A DNA stretch of 63,809 nt from Granulosicoccaceae bacterium (GCA_033852095.1 JAWSVD010000004.1:1-63809); one strand, 5' to 3'. Positions 12,001-19,299 are shown, counted from the first letter of the stretch. Program-made: numbers and translations. Notes: a model not told the origin generated them from the letters alone.

Positions 12001-13964
12001 TGGGCCGCCATTTGCTGCAGGTCTTCCACAGCCTCTGTGAAGCACAGACCTTGCAGCAGGTGGACATACTCACGGAGCAGGCCGAGTTTGCCCTATTGCA
12101 GCGTGGGCTCGGAGCGAGCCATCCGGCGAGGGCTGAGCAGTCCTTGATCGAGCTGTTTGAGCGGCGCTGTGATCTGCAGCCCGATGCGATGGCGCTGATC
12201 GACGTCGAGCGCCAATTGAGTTTTGCCGAGCTCGACAGCATGGCGAACACGCTGGCCCAGTGCCTGCGTGAGAACGCTGTCAGCCGCGGTGATATTGTCG
12301 CCGTGCACATGCAGCGCTCGGCAGAGACTGTCGCCGCGCTGCTGGCCGTGATGAAGGCTGGTGCTGCCTGGGTGGCGCTGGACCCCAATTACCCCGCCGA
12401 TCGACTCGCCTATATGTTGAGTGACAGCGGGGCGGGAGTTGTACTGTACGACGGCGCTGAATTTGGTATTGATAGCCAGTGTCTCGCTATCGATGTGCCT
12501 GCCTACCTGGCAGCGGCGCAGGGCAGTGTGACGCGCCAGCCGCTGGTCTTGGGCCCCGATGATCTGGCCTACCTAATCTACACTTCCGGCTCGACTGGCA
12601 AACCCAAGGGTGTCCAGGCGCTGCACCGAGGCGCATTGAATCGACTCGACTGGATGTGGCGAGAAATGCCCTTCGCCGAAGGCGAAGTCATGGTGCAAAA
12701 GACAGCCCTGTCCTTCGTCGATTCGGTGTGGGAGACATTCGGTCCGCTGCTGGCGGGGACGCCATCGGTGGTCTGTTCGGCCGAGCAGTTGCAAAACACG
12801 GTGCTCTTCATCGATCTGTTGGCGGACCATAAGGTGAGCCGTTTGTTACTCGTGCCATCCCTGTTGCGTCTGATGCTGGAGATGCCCGGTGAACTCGCGC
12901 ACAAGCTGCCCGAGCTGAAGCAGTGGGTCGTCAGCGGCGAGGCACTGACGGCCGAGCTGGTGCTGCAGTTCAGGCGGTCCTTGCCGCAGGCAAGCTTGAT
13001 CAACCTGTACGGCAGCTCGGAGGTCGCGGGGGACATCAGCTACTGTGATACCTCGCTGTGTGCCTTAGCGAACGCCAAAGACAGTGTGCCCATTGGCAAG
13101 ATACTCGACAACAACAGCGCCTATGTATTGGACCGTCGATTAAAACCCATGCCGCCCGGCATGCCCGGTGAGCTCTATTTCAGCGGTGCGAACTTGGCGC
13201 GTGGCTATCACGGCAGCCCGGCACTCAGTGAAGAGGCATTCCTGGACAACCCCTTTGCCGATGGCAAGCTGTTCCGCAGCAAGGACTGGGGGCGTTTTGA
13301 TCAAGATTTCAATATTGAATTCTTGGGCAGGCAGGACGGCCAGATAAAAATTCGTGGTATGCGCGTGGAGCTCGGCGAGATCGAGACGGTACTGCGTGCT
13401 CAGCAAGGCGTCAGTGATGCGGTGGTCTTGCCACAGCAGGCACCTGGCGGCAGTGTGGCACTGGTGGCGTACTGGTCTGGCGAGGGCGAGCAAGAAGCGC
13501 TGCGCTCCGCTATTCGAAGCACGCTGGCGATGCACATGGTGCCGACCCAGTGGATGTGGTTGCAGCAGCTCCCGCTGCTGCCCAACGGTAAAATAGACCG
13601 CCGCGCGCTGGCCGCGTTGCAGATATTGCCCGCCGCGGGCGGCGGCGCGTCAGCGGTCGGCTATGTGGAGAATGAACTGCTGCCACTGTGGGCCGCGCTG
13701 TTCGAGCTGGACCCAGACAAGCTCGATGTGGAACAGAGCTTCTTTGCACTCGGCGGTCACTCCCTGTTGGCAGCGCGTGCTATTGCCGAAATCAGCGAGC
13801 GCACGGGTGTCAGCATAGGCTTGAAGCAGTTCTTTGAGAGTTCCAGTGTGCGCGGCATAGCAAAAACAATCGAAACCGAATTACTGTCAAGTGTCGCCCC
13901 GGAGCACTTGCAGCAAATGATCAACCGCAGCAGTGCGCAACTGACCAGGCAGCAAGCTTCATGA
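3..13964 (+). CDS. Multimodular non-ribosomal peptide synthetase, 5'-truncated by the window edge: [C end]-A1-T-C-A2-T-E*-C-A3-T-E*-C-A4-T, no TE domain
   Basis: Frame is open from base 3 (TPADDGSIALDFHYDADRF..., the tail of a C domain), so the TTG at 93 is not the true start. Four A domains with YxIY/FTSGS/TTGxPKG and YGPTE/YGSSE motifs. T-domain serines: GGDS ~1842, ~5046, ~9504; GGHS ~13752. C motifs: HHIITDG ~2412; HHAITDG ~6882 and ~11142. Confidence 0.97.
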   Translation, partial: TPADDGSIALDFHYDADRFSAAQIETLSAQLLNLLERMTATQSMADWLTLDAAQTQLLQTLGAGAERAVDSKATVVSAFEARVDANPQALALQQGDAQLSFAQLDAMANHYAQALIGSGVAAGDVVALQFERELGLVVAQLAVNKAGAAFVYLDPAFPEERRAVIAAEAGARFALVANDSQVAPAGLPSTVLLVDTSLTAGRPALAIDSCALMYMIFTSGSTGKPKGVMLEHCSVLNYMGWLLDELELSRDDKVLQFSSLNFDTSIEEIYAALLSGAALVLRDEDMLSTPARFWQSIAQMGITLLDLPTAFWHVLTADSANLALIPDSLHHIILGGEAAKVSAIQTWQSQAPSKIKLWNTYGPTETTIVVTAQRLDTEQVHAGQAVPIGRAVANAQLWVLDGQRRLLPRGVPGTLYVGGAPLARGYVGQPELTDEVFVNNPFAEGKLYNTGDRVRWREDGALEYLGRSDAQLKIRGYRIEPGEVESVLNSDAAVAQVEVLAQPGPGKDLALVAYVVPQEGQSIDAEQLRAQAREALPAYMVPAAIVVLEQLPINHNGKVDKRALPAVDWAAASAGAPLSPLHTEAERTIAQLWSSVLGRDIESIGGNSNFFDLGGDSLLAMQLLARINQEQGVELGLRDLYHSSELSELAEILSRAPQAAAVVSVQRVSRDGALVLSSTQQRLWFLQQLDPSTGMYNLPMRLEFDGALDVEKMRSALNALAQRHESLRTRFSSQNGEGFALIAATGELPLALLDLSAEPDAAALLSKYAVQEAGRPFALDGGELVRATLYKTAEDRHTLLLCAHHIITDGWSMNLLASDFIAAYTADDAQPLPPIDLQYVDYAAHMAQSTAAQDNAPLLDYWRAQLGDLPELLELPTDHPRPQQPDGKGRVHRFTLSAALTTQLHKAARQMGVTPYAVLLSAYGVLLARLSGQPAFAIGTATANRSLPGADEVVGFFANTLALRFDAIGEPRFSELCQKQQETLLDAMEHEDLPFERLVEALVQERNESYSPVFQTMFVWQNTPQQNQQIDGLEVRSERLDKGAIQFDLVLDMGEEDGEIIAMLEYRTQLFEEATIERLSQWFSELLQQSLDNVDAPVGQLQFVADPIAAVSKPLALPDKRVDAILDGHAEASPEATAILFEAADGQPVRLNWREYRQGAQEMALYLQSRGIGHGDKVVLCSQRCPELMVAIYAIMKAGAVYVPLDPDSPPERQQALLKNCGAKMLLTQRSLLSSFCADGEDAGVQSLFIDEALPSVDVGAVLRLSDDPSLPIYIIYTSGTTGTPKGVVVPHRGVANMALGMADVLGVGNQDSLLQFAPFNFDASALQIFVPLLVGGCSVLHHNPKNLGAADFMDLCEKHQITVLDLPAALWRQWVDTMAEQNMRMASSVRVFLTGGEAVPSRSMRVWANLCDQAVAFLSSYGPTEASITALAYVSDSDQMRHIEDADLNLGSALPNVGIHLLDLYGQPAAPGVIGEIAISGPGVAQGYLDLDAQTEAVFVHSEALQQRVYLTGDYGRRTASGALEFHGRRDAQIKIRGFRIEPAEIEAALLAHNDIAEALVTTQRSEDQRLHLISYAVLSKEALATSGSIESYDVHALKLQLQQNLPAHMVPAAIQLLPEFPLLPTGKVNRKVLAVVDLAKLHMANYVAPEGEQEIQLAELWQALLSVEQVGRDDNFFELGGDSILSLQLVARAKQQGLHFEVRDVFQHQSLAALAGAAGSGTVVLAEQGMVSGEAAVLPQQRLVLDAERLTPRVLRLNFSEPADEQALSAALQDLVAQHDALRTKFVARDGERLQIISAEADQHLIQHATAEDFEQYLVEQSAQVAELQGPLFRALISDTCCALIAHPALVDKGSLRLLLDDLHTLYSAHAAGRTLEPSQKTTSVLQYSAWLAGQGSPWIGSQREFWQGTAAAHADTQTEVQAKQRIGQPASLRAELTDVIDTEALSAYSNSAEEILSAAFVPALQQAFAAESVVLHFSSTGRDKLPEEIDLSRTVAALEQYYPQCFSAVASAPRAAIIGAKEQLRAVPAVITLPAQGMQTGQRILLQAAAGSIADSAHAWRVSGELTQDQGLLERFDLVLTYEASDAGIELDFQYDSAVYGAEQIQSLSDATSISLASLLAHCKSVQTRVFTSSDFPLAETTQDELDQLVHKYPGMERMYEASFGQVGMLFHSLLSPENGAYLLQTQVRLGADLNTQLLRDAFADLIQRHPVLRSTFAWENRAKPLQLVHSSVPTPWSEVDLSGAADFPAAYEELLERDRIAPMDFESAPLMRLTLVQRPDGEYSLLWLMHHAITDGWSTPLLYDDLLAFYNARVEQREAQLPPVVSYERYIAWLQGQSEEASRQHWLQQVGDFSAATDLNIGAGRAAETEQIAISRATLSVDELNTVEALARAERVTMSSLVQGVWAILLSRYSGGEDVLMGVTVSGRPPQLQGAESIVGMFLNALPLRAQVDGSADLWQWVRDLQARHAENDAHNTLNFLDVQKLSRIEVGERLTESMLIFQNTPLGEAVAAASEGGGFAAGQHLQRLVRDVQGFQKTNYPITVFAEIIDAELHINIQYDAGRYQAAEMDALALRLTQLLKGVAKAQCLADLSLLDDRDTAALLSDAEGPRRDHGDAQSVVELFERQCALQPEAIALYAADQSCSYAELQRQSNRLAAELLRRGVGGGDIVALCAERSVATTAALLAILKTGAAFLALDPKYPVARLQYMLEDSSAVALIYQPGMTAEQLLSVDIDQLDLQAFQAADDGSSCAVPQPDIGPESLAYLIYTSGSTGQPKGVRALQRGTLNRLQWMWREMPFAAGEVMVQKTALSFVDSVWEVFGPLLQGVPSLVLAEDKVRDVTAFVDALAQHRISRLVLVPTLLRAMLDICPDLGERLPALKQCICSGEALSGDLVADLRRAAPQLRLINLYGSSEVAADVTVFDTEEMSEHDLLHAAPIGRAIDNSSVYILDAQLKPVPEGLPGELYIGGANLADGYHRQPALTDEAFVPNPFGAGKLFRSQDWGRLTDTGNIEFLGRQDSQIKIRGMRVELAEISAKLRSLHGVDEAVVINRARSNGDARIVSYSTGSTEMDTLRTQLVDLLPAHMVPSAMVSLDTLPLLPNGKIDRQALPDPADSAFAAQTVDYIAPTSPSEKALVAIWADVLALDVSKIGTEHNYFQLGGDSISSLQVVSRAKSQGYQLEVRDVFTTENLRELAAVAKLSDAQQAVTGSVDLGAFWPVLSLRDYQLVEIPVYKEYTAERMQDLLARLMSHHDILRGRFIRAEGSTQLHIAAELPAGAIVSAAASELSDSAAMENAFSARLCGEGRVSAIELRAHPLLLDNLSWQLIVADLQRLIAAEPLPAKTQAVTEHPLSIPQQKLALQSAIEHRIEAPWVASLTGEQAKLLHASAEELVAAALLNSYAHFELPGAAAVRVSARETGAERTALAHTVLRDLPASGGGSLGDLLAAKSAVREAFAEQDVQMIVQVVGGPEWSDTAIKHSGTPLCEGDHALRLEVDLYAQQLVMRLYGAAPERVEFLEQALLKFALALHQLSDIKSEDYSSAYLPSDFPLASLEPQQLSELLVRQPQAQNIYPAAPGQTGMVFHAMLEPGNAVYTLHSTVRLAAGVDVQALQAAFDQLIERHAILRTAFDWQQREAALQVVQRHAVMPLEVLQWSDRSGDDFERDITALSAADQETPLDVRVAPLMRGTLAFKHDGSAVLLWLVHHAITDGWSLPILYGDLIACYNEQIDLPGEALPPSPDYADYMAWLHAQDSVAAAQYWREQLAGMSNGSDLVAGAGVDAETHEIGSYKMQLPSALVQQLQSRGRREQVTLNTVVQGAWAAMLSRYNQQQEQLLGVTVSGRPADLAGVESMVGLFVNVLPLRINTRDSDDVWPWMRQIQQTHHNNDRYNFLPFAEIQQLSEFAVGERLCESMIVFQNYPVDDQLISAVSQEGGEENRAREPLQRLLKSMDGHQTTSYPITLFVIPGEAQLEIEFQYDEGRFSPAIIESMGRHLLQVFHSLCEAQTLQQVDILTEQAEFALLQRGLGASHPARAEQSLIELFERRCDLQPDAMALIDVERQLSFAELDSMANTLAQCLRENAVSRGDIVAVHMQRSAETVAALLAVMKAGAAWVALDPNYPADRLAYMLSDSGAGVVLYDGAEFGIDSQCLAIDVPAYLAAAQGSVTRQPLVLGPDDLAYLIYTSGSTGKPKGVQALHRGALNRLDWMWREMPFAEGEVMVQKTALSFVDSVWETFGPLLAGTPSVVCSAEQLQNTVLFIDLLADHKVSRLLLVPSLLRLMLEMPGELAHKLPELKQWVVSGEALTAELVLQFRRSLPQASLINLYGSSEVAGDISYCDTSLCALANAKDSVPIGKILDNNSAYVLDRRLKPMPPGMPGELYFSGANLARGYHGSPALSEEAFLDNPFADGKLFRSKDWGRFDQDFNIEFLGRQDGQIKIRGMRVELGEIETVLRAQQGVSDAVVLPQQAPGGSVALVAYWSGEGEQEALRSAIRSTLAMHMVPTQWMWLQQLPLLPNGKIDRRALAALQILPAAGGGASAVGYVENELLPLWAALFELDPDKLDVEQSFFALGGHSLLAARAIAEISERTGVSIGLKQFFESSSVRGIAKTIETELLSSVAPEHLQQMINRSSAQLTRQQAS

Positions 13965-15382
13965 GCATGAACCAGAATCAAATTCCCGCTGGATGGGAAT
14001 CCTTGCCCCTGGCGGTACGCGATGCGGTGTTGGCCGAGTTACAAGCCAAGTATCTCGCTGACGGCCCCGTCAGTCGTTTGCCTGAGCTGCTTGTCGCGGA
14101 GCGCAGCGAATACATGCCAGCTTCGCTGGAGCAGCAATACATCTGGCAGCGGCAGCAGGCGAACGCCTACACCCTCGGTTGGGCTACCGCGGTACCGGCG
14201 ATGTTGTTTGAAGCCGTGGACATGGCGGCGCTGGAGTCGGCGCTCTGGTCCCTACAAAGTCAGCATGGGAGTCTGCGCACCCGCCTGGTGGTCAAAGATG
14301 AGGCCTTGTACCAGTGCGTGGATGACAGGCAGCCACTGCCGCTGCGAGAGCAAAAGCTGCCGCGCTGGCGCGGACGTGCTGCCACCATCACTGAGATAGG
14401 CAGGCGCCAGCGCACGCTGGTCGAAGAGCGCTTTGAGCTGGCCAGCGGTCCGCTGTGGCGGGCGCTAGTGCTGCGCAGGGGCAAAGACGCGGTCTTGCTG
14501 ATGAGCTTTTGTAGCGTGATCTTCGACGGCGGCTCGCTGGCGTTGGTGCAGCAGCAGCTGTACGCCCTGTATCAGCACGCCAAGGATGCGACCCCCTTGC
14601 CAGAGGAGCTGCAGAAAGCACCGCTGCAGTACCGTGATTACGCCCAGTGGCAGCAGCAGCTGCGCGGCCATGAGCTGTGGCGCGAGCGCTTGCACTGGTG
14701 GCAGGAAAATCTCAAAGGGGCCGTGCCAGCGGTCGAAGGTGAGGGCTCTGCACCGGCTGAGCTCTCGACCCGCCTCTACGAACAGACCCTGTCCAAGGCC
14801 ACCTGCGCTCAGCTGGACGACTACGCCCAGAGTAATGAGACCACGCCTTTTGTGGTGATGTTGACCGAGTTCATGGCGACTTTGCACGAGCTCGATTCAC
14901 ATGACGACATCTGGGTGGCGGCGCCTTCGGCTAACCGCCCTTTGGCCGGCACGGAGACCATGATCGGGAATTTCATGCGCCAAGTGCTGTTGCGCCAGCA
15001 GTGGCCAGAGCAACAAGACGACCGGCTTGCTGCGGTGCACACAACAGTCAGTGAGGCGCTTGAACACGGGGATCTACCGCACCAGCTGATCGCAGAGATG
15101 CTGCCGCAGGAAGCCGGCGCTGGAAACCCCTACCGCTACTTCTTCAATTACCGACACGCCGAGGCGCAGGGCGAAGAAGCCGATGATATGGATATCGAGT
15201 TTGCGGTTGAGCCGGAGCAAATGCTGGTGAACAGAGAAGAGCAGATTTTGTTGATGGTGCTCGAAAGCGAGAATTCCAGACAGATTCACTGGTATCTGCG
15301 CGAGAGCCGTTTTGACGCTGCCCGAGCGGAGACTCTGCTCAAGCGCTATTTCGCAAGATTGAAGCTCAGAATCGGCGCATGA
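13961..15382 (+). CDS. Stand-alone condensation-domain-like protein with a degenerate active site
   Basis: C-domain motifs ASLEQQYIW, HGSLRT, FELASGPLWRA, LQYRDYAQWQ, ANRP..ETMIGNF. The HHxxxDG motif reads CSVIFDG (14510-14530). ATGA overlap with the NRPS stop. Confidence 0.88.
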   Translation: MSMNQNQIPAGWESLPLAVRDAVLAELQAKYLADGPVSRLPELLVAERSEYMPASLEQQYIWQRQQANAYTLGWATAVPAMLFEAVDMAALESALWSLQSQHGSLRTRLVVKDEALYQCVDDRQPLPLREQKLPRWRGRAATITEIGRRQRTLVEERFELASGPLWRALVLRRGKDAVLLMSFCSVIFDGGSLALVQQQLYALYQHAKDATPLPEELQKAPLQYRDYAQWQQQLRGHELWRERLHWWQENLKGAVPAVEGEGSAPAELSTRLYEQTLSKATCAQLDDYAQSNETTPFVVMLTEFMATLHELDSHDDIWVAAPSANRPLAGTETMIGNFMRQVLLRQQWPEQQDDRLAAVHTTVSEALEHGDLPHQLIAEMLPQEAGAGNPYRYFFNYRHAEAQGEEADDMDIEFAVEPEQMLVNREEQILLMVLESENSRQIHWYLRESRFDAARAETLLKRYFARLKLRIGA

Positions 15383-15453
15383 GGAATGGCTGAGGCACAG
15401 CGATCATCGGCCGCTGTTCTTCCGCCACTTATTCAACAGTGTTCAGAAATTGA

Positions 15454-15481
15454 AACACACCGTCTGGAACACACCGTCTGG
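15454..15481. repeat. 14-bp tandem direct repeat AACACACCGTCTGG x2; the second copy also folds with the following GTGTG
   Basis: Copies at 15454-15467 and 15468-15481, read directly. Confidence 0.8.
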
Positions 15482-16300
15482 GTGTGCCTTTGATTTTGCA
15501 TTGAATGCTGGGGATCCAGAGCAATAGGCGCTAGCGTCGCCGTGATTCTTAGGCCGCTCTGCCATCTTCGAGCAAGAACCTTTCTAGAATAAATGCGCGC
15601 GTTGTTACTCACTGTGCAAGTATGTCCCTGCATGATTTCCTCACATCTTTGAAACAAGGTGTATCAAAGATGACTCACCGTTATGCAATATGCGGCGTGT
15701 GCACATGCCGCCTTAGCGTGGTTAGTTCGCAATGTTGTTACTTCGTCATTTGCGGAAACACATGCTTTGGTAATACAGTGATTCATCAGCGCTGTTGCTG
15801 CAGTGGTAATTGGAATGCCGCCGAAAGCGCATGCTAAAGAATTACCATTACAAGCATTATAATGCACCGATTTGGGCGGGCAATGAGCCTTTGATAATAC
15901 TGCAGATCAGTGGCCATTCGTATTTATTTACTGATAAACTTGTCGGCTTCGCTTCGCCTTGATATTGAATGAATCAGCAGTTATTTGGCCTGCAGTGCAG
16001 TGGGAAGCCATTGTTGGCGAGCAATGAATGCCAGCACAGGTTTTGCGTTGCGTTGACTTTTGCGGCCTCAGGATATCGAGCATGCAATTGGCTGCCGGAT
16101 TTGTGCGCTGTATGCATTGTGGTTCGCATAAAAGCGTACTTTTATCTGTTTGAATTTCTCGGGCGCGTGATTTAGTTCGCATAGTTTCATATTGAACGCG
16201 TTAAAAAAGGATTCTGTGCTGAGCACCCAATAAATCTCAACAGCAAATGTATATATTTCGTTGCCTGTACTGGCTTATTGAAAAATACGGACACACCTAA

Positions 16301-17734
16301 ATGTCTCATCAAAACTTCGAAGATACTGTATTTAGCAACAAAAAAGTTGTTGTCATAGGCGCCGGTCTAGCGGGTACCTTGATGGCTATTTTGTTGGCCA
16401 AACGCGGCGCAGACGTTGAAGTCATTGAGCGCATGGATTACCGAGACGGTGTGCCGTTCAGTAATCGACGCTCCTTCAACATCACCATCAGCAGCCGCGG
16501 CGTTGTCGCCTTAAAGGCCGCGGGCATCTGGGAGCGTGTGCAAGCGCGCACAATCCCGATCACCGGTCGCATGTGCCACATGGGCATGGAACAGACCGAG
16601 TTCCCGTACAGCAGCGACAAGAGTGCGAAGCTTCACGGCGCGCGCCGTGCCGATGTCAACGATGAGCTGTTGAATTGTGCCCGCGAAATACCCAACATCA
16701 AATTTCGTTTCAGCAGCTCCATTGAATCACTGGACAAAAACACCGGTAGCATCACGGTGGCCTCTGTCAGTGGCGACGAGCGAGAGACCATCAGCAATGC
16801 CGATTTTGTGATCGGTGCCGACGGCGTATTCTCTACAGTGCGGCAAATGATCCACAAGGGCGAGCGGGCGGAGTACCATCAGCGCTTCCTTGACTGGGGC
16901 TACCGAGAGGTTTTTATCCCCGCCGATGAGAGCAAGGGCGAGGGCGGCTATCGCATGCCCCCCAACGCGCTGCATGTGTGGCCGCGCGGTGATCTGATGA
17001 TGTTTGCACTGCCGAACCCAGATGGCTCATTCACCGGCAACTTCATCTACCCCATGGACCGCGAGGGAGATTTTGATATCCCCGGTAAAATGGCGTCGGT
17101 GTTCCGCGATGAATTCCCCGATGTAGCTGCAGTGGTCCCTGACATCGAGAGCCATTTCAGCTCTATCCCTGTTTCGTATTTCCCGACTCAGCGAAATTCA
17201 AAGTGGTACCACGGTGACAAGTTTGTGCTGCTCGGTGACGCCGCGCATTCGACTGTTCCATTTTACGGGCAAGGCATGAACTCCTCTTTTGAGAGTGTGC
17301 TCGAGCTGATCAGCTGCTTGGAAGAGAACGGCGATCAAGCTCTGGAGCTCGCCTTCAAAAAGTACCAAGAAACACGCAAGCCGCACACAGACGCCATTGC
17401 GGATTTGTCGATCGAAAATTTCATGGATTTGAGGTCGAATTTTCAATCCCTGATACCGCAGGCGAAACGTCGAGTGGATGTCGCACTGTATAAGATGTTC
17501 CCCAAGCGCTATCAACCGCTGCATATGCTAGTCTCGCATACAGAAACAAAGTATTTGGACGCCATTACGCATTGCCAGCGACGTGACCGCTTGTTGCGAT
17601 ACTGCGGAATTGACGTGGTGGTCTTGGCAGTGGCCGGCATTCAGTGGGTGAAAAACCGTATTTCTACCGAATCAGTCGAGGCAGTCAGCGATGAAACGCT
17701 GATGGAGCAGGATCAGTCGCAACTGACCACCTAG
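16301..17734 (+). CDS. kmo: Kynurenine 3-monooxygenase-like group A flavin monooxygenase
   Basis: IGAGLAG, RSFNITISSRG, GRMCH, IGADG, GYRE, PNALHVWPRG, ALPNPDGSFT and LGDAAH..VPFYGQGMN match KMO family motifs. Confidence 0.8.
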   Translation: MSHQNFEDTVFSNKKVVVIGAGLAGTLMAILLAKRGADVEVIERMDYRDGVPFSNRRSFNITISSRGVVALKAAGIWERVQARTIPITGRMCHMGMEQTEFPYSSDKSAKLHGARRADVNDELLNCAREIPNIKFRFSSSIESLDKNTGSITVASVSGDERETISNADFVIGADGVFSTVRQMIHKGERAEYHQRFLDWGYREVFIPADESKGEGGYRMPPNALHVWPRGDLMMFALPNPDGSFTGNFIYPMDREGDFDIPGKMASVFRDEFPDVAAVVPDIESHFSSIPVSYFPTQRNSKWYHGDKFVLLGDAAHSTVPFYGQGMNSSFESVLELISCLEENGDQALELAFKKYQETRKPHTDAIADLSIENFMDLRSNFQSLIPQAKRRVDVALYKMFPKRYQPLHMLVSHTETKYLDAITHCQRRDRLLRYCGIDVVVLAVAGIQWVKNRISTESVEAVSDETLMEQDQSQLTT

Positions 17735-17946
17735 TGGCTTTCCTCGGACTACAGCGCGGCTGCAACTGCGGTTGAGCTGTTGTTGGGGCGTTGTTCGCAG
17801 TGATAGCTTCTGAGCACCGCGTTGGCAGCTGTCTTCGGGCCCCGCAATACCTGTTCTGTAACAGCCCGTTTGGCCGTCAAACGCCGGCATCCTAAGTAGA
17901 CTTTAATGCGCCAGCGGCTAAACTCCTGCGGCGCGGAGAGATTTGT

Positions 17947-19299
17947 GTGAGTGAGTTAGCCGTCAGCGTTGCAAAAGAGCAAAGCATCAAACCTTTTGTC
18001 ATCCTGATCAGCGGTCAGTTGTTGTCGTTTTTCGGCACGACCTTTGTGGGTTTTGCAGTGGGCGTGTGGGTATTCCAGCAGACCGGGTCGGTGATCGATT
18101 TGGCGGTGCTGTCCATGCTCGCTCTGCTGCCTGCCATCTTGATTTCCCCCATTGCGGGCGTGATCGCCGATCGCTGGCCCAAAAAGCCCGCGATGATAGC
18201 CGTGGATGCTCTGGCGGCTGTTTTCTCTCTGGCTATATTGATCCTGCTGTTGAACGACCAGCTGGAAATATGGCATCTCTACATCACCGCGGTCGTGGAC
18301 GGCATAGCGATCGGCATGCAGCGCCCGCTGTATGAATCCACAACGCCGATGATGGTGCCCAAACACAGACTGGCCAGCGTCAACGGCACCACGCAGGCTA
18401 TCGCCGGGATCAGTCAGCTCGTCGCCCCAGCACTGGCGGGCGCGCTGCTCATCTGGGTGGGCCTGAAGTGGATCATCTTGATTGATCTCGCGACTTTCTT
18501 GATCGCATTGGGGTGTATCTTGTCGGTCAAGGTGCCGCGTCTGCAGCGCGATGACAGTGACGAGACAGCCTCGCATTGGGTGCAGGAGTTCAAAGAAGGC
18601 TGGCAGTTCGTCAGTGAGCGGCTGGGCCTCAAAGCGTTGTTTTGGTTCGTCACGCTGCGAAACTTTCTCTTCGCCAGCTGTGAAATCATTGCGCTGCCGC
18701 TGCTGCTGACACTCACCACCGCCGACAAGGCGGGTCTGGTGCTGTCTTTTGGTGGACTGGGTGTGGCCGTGGGCGGTGGTTTGATCGCGCTGACGGGCAG
18801 CACCAAGAGCAAAATCAACTTTGTCTTTATCGCCCAGGCGATGACGGGCTGCGCCATGATCATGGCCGGCTTGACCACGGATCTTTGGCTGCTGGCCATC
18901 GCGGTGGGTATCGCCTTCATGGCATTGCCCATAGAAGATGCCACCAGCACCACCATCATGCAGAACAAGGTCCCGCTGAAACTGTTGGGCCGTGTTGGCA
19001 GCGTGCGCAATATGCTCACGCTGTCCGCTGTGCCAGTTGCCATGCTGGTCGCTGCTCCACTGGCGGAATACGTTTTTGAACCGATGATGATGGAAGGCGG
19101 TGTGCTGGCGGCCCACCTCGGCGGCGTGATGGGCACAGGTACCGGCCGCGGCATGGCCCTGCTGCTGGTGCTCATGGGCTCTCTCACGCTGGTGTTGACC
19201 GTGCTGGGTTTTTGCTACAAGCCGCTGCGCAACATGGAGCGAGACCTGCCGGATCATCTGCATGAGCAGTTGGACGACAGCGCCACTGTGACACCGTAG
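17947..19299 (+). CDS. MFS transporter (DHA3/macrolide-efflux-like), probable exporter of the NRPS product
   Basis: About 12 hydrophobic segments; motif A GVIADRWPKK; QNKVP..LLGRV; G.GTGRGMA tail typical of BGC-associated MFS proteins. Confidence 0.88.
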   Translation: MSELAVSVAKEQSIKPFVILISGQLLSFFGTTFVGFAVGVWVFQQTGSVIDLAVLSMLALLPAILISPIAGVIADRWPKKPAMIAVDALAAVFSLAILILLLNDQLEIWHLYITAVVDGIAIGMQRPLYESTTPMMVPKHRLASVNGTTQAIAGISQLVAPALAGALLIWVGLKWIILIDLATFLIALGCILSVKVPRLQRDDSDETASHWVQEFKEGWQFVSERLGLKALFWFVTLRNFLFASCEIIALPLLLTLTTADKAGLVLSFGGLGVAVGGGLIALTGSTKSKINFVFIAQAMTGCAMIMAGLTTDLWLLAIAVGIAFMALPIEDATSTTIMQNKVPLKLLGRVGSVRNMLTLSAVPVAMLVAAPLAEYVFEPMMMEGGVLAAHLGGVMGTGTGRGMALLLVLMGSLTLVLTVLGFCYKPLRNMERDLPDHLHEQLDDSATVTP

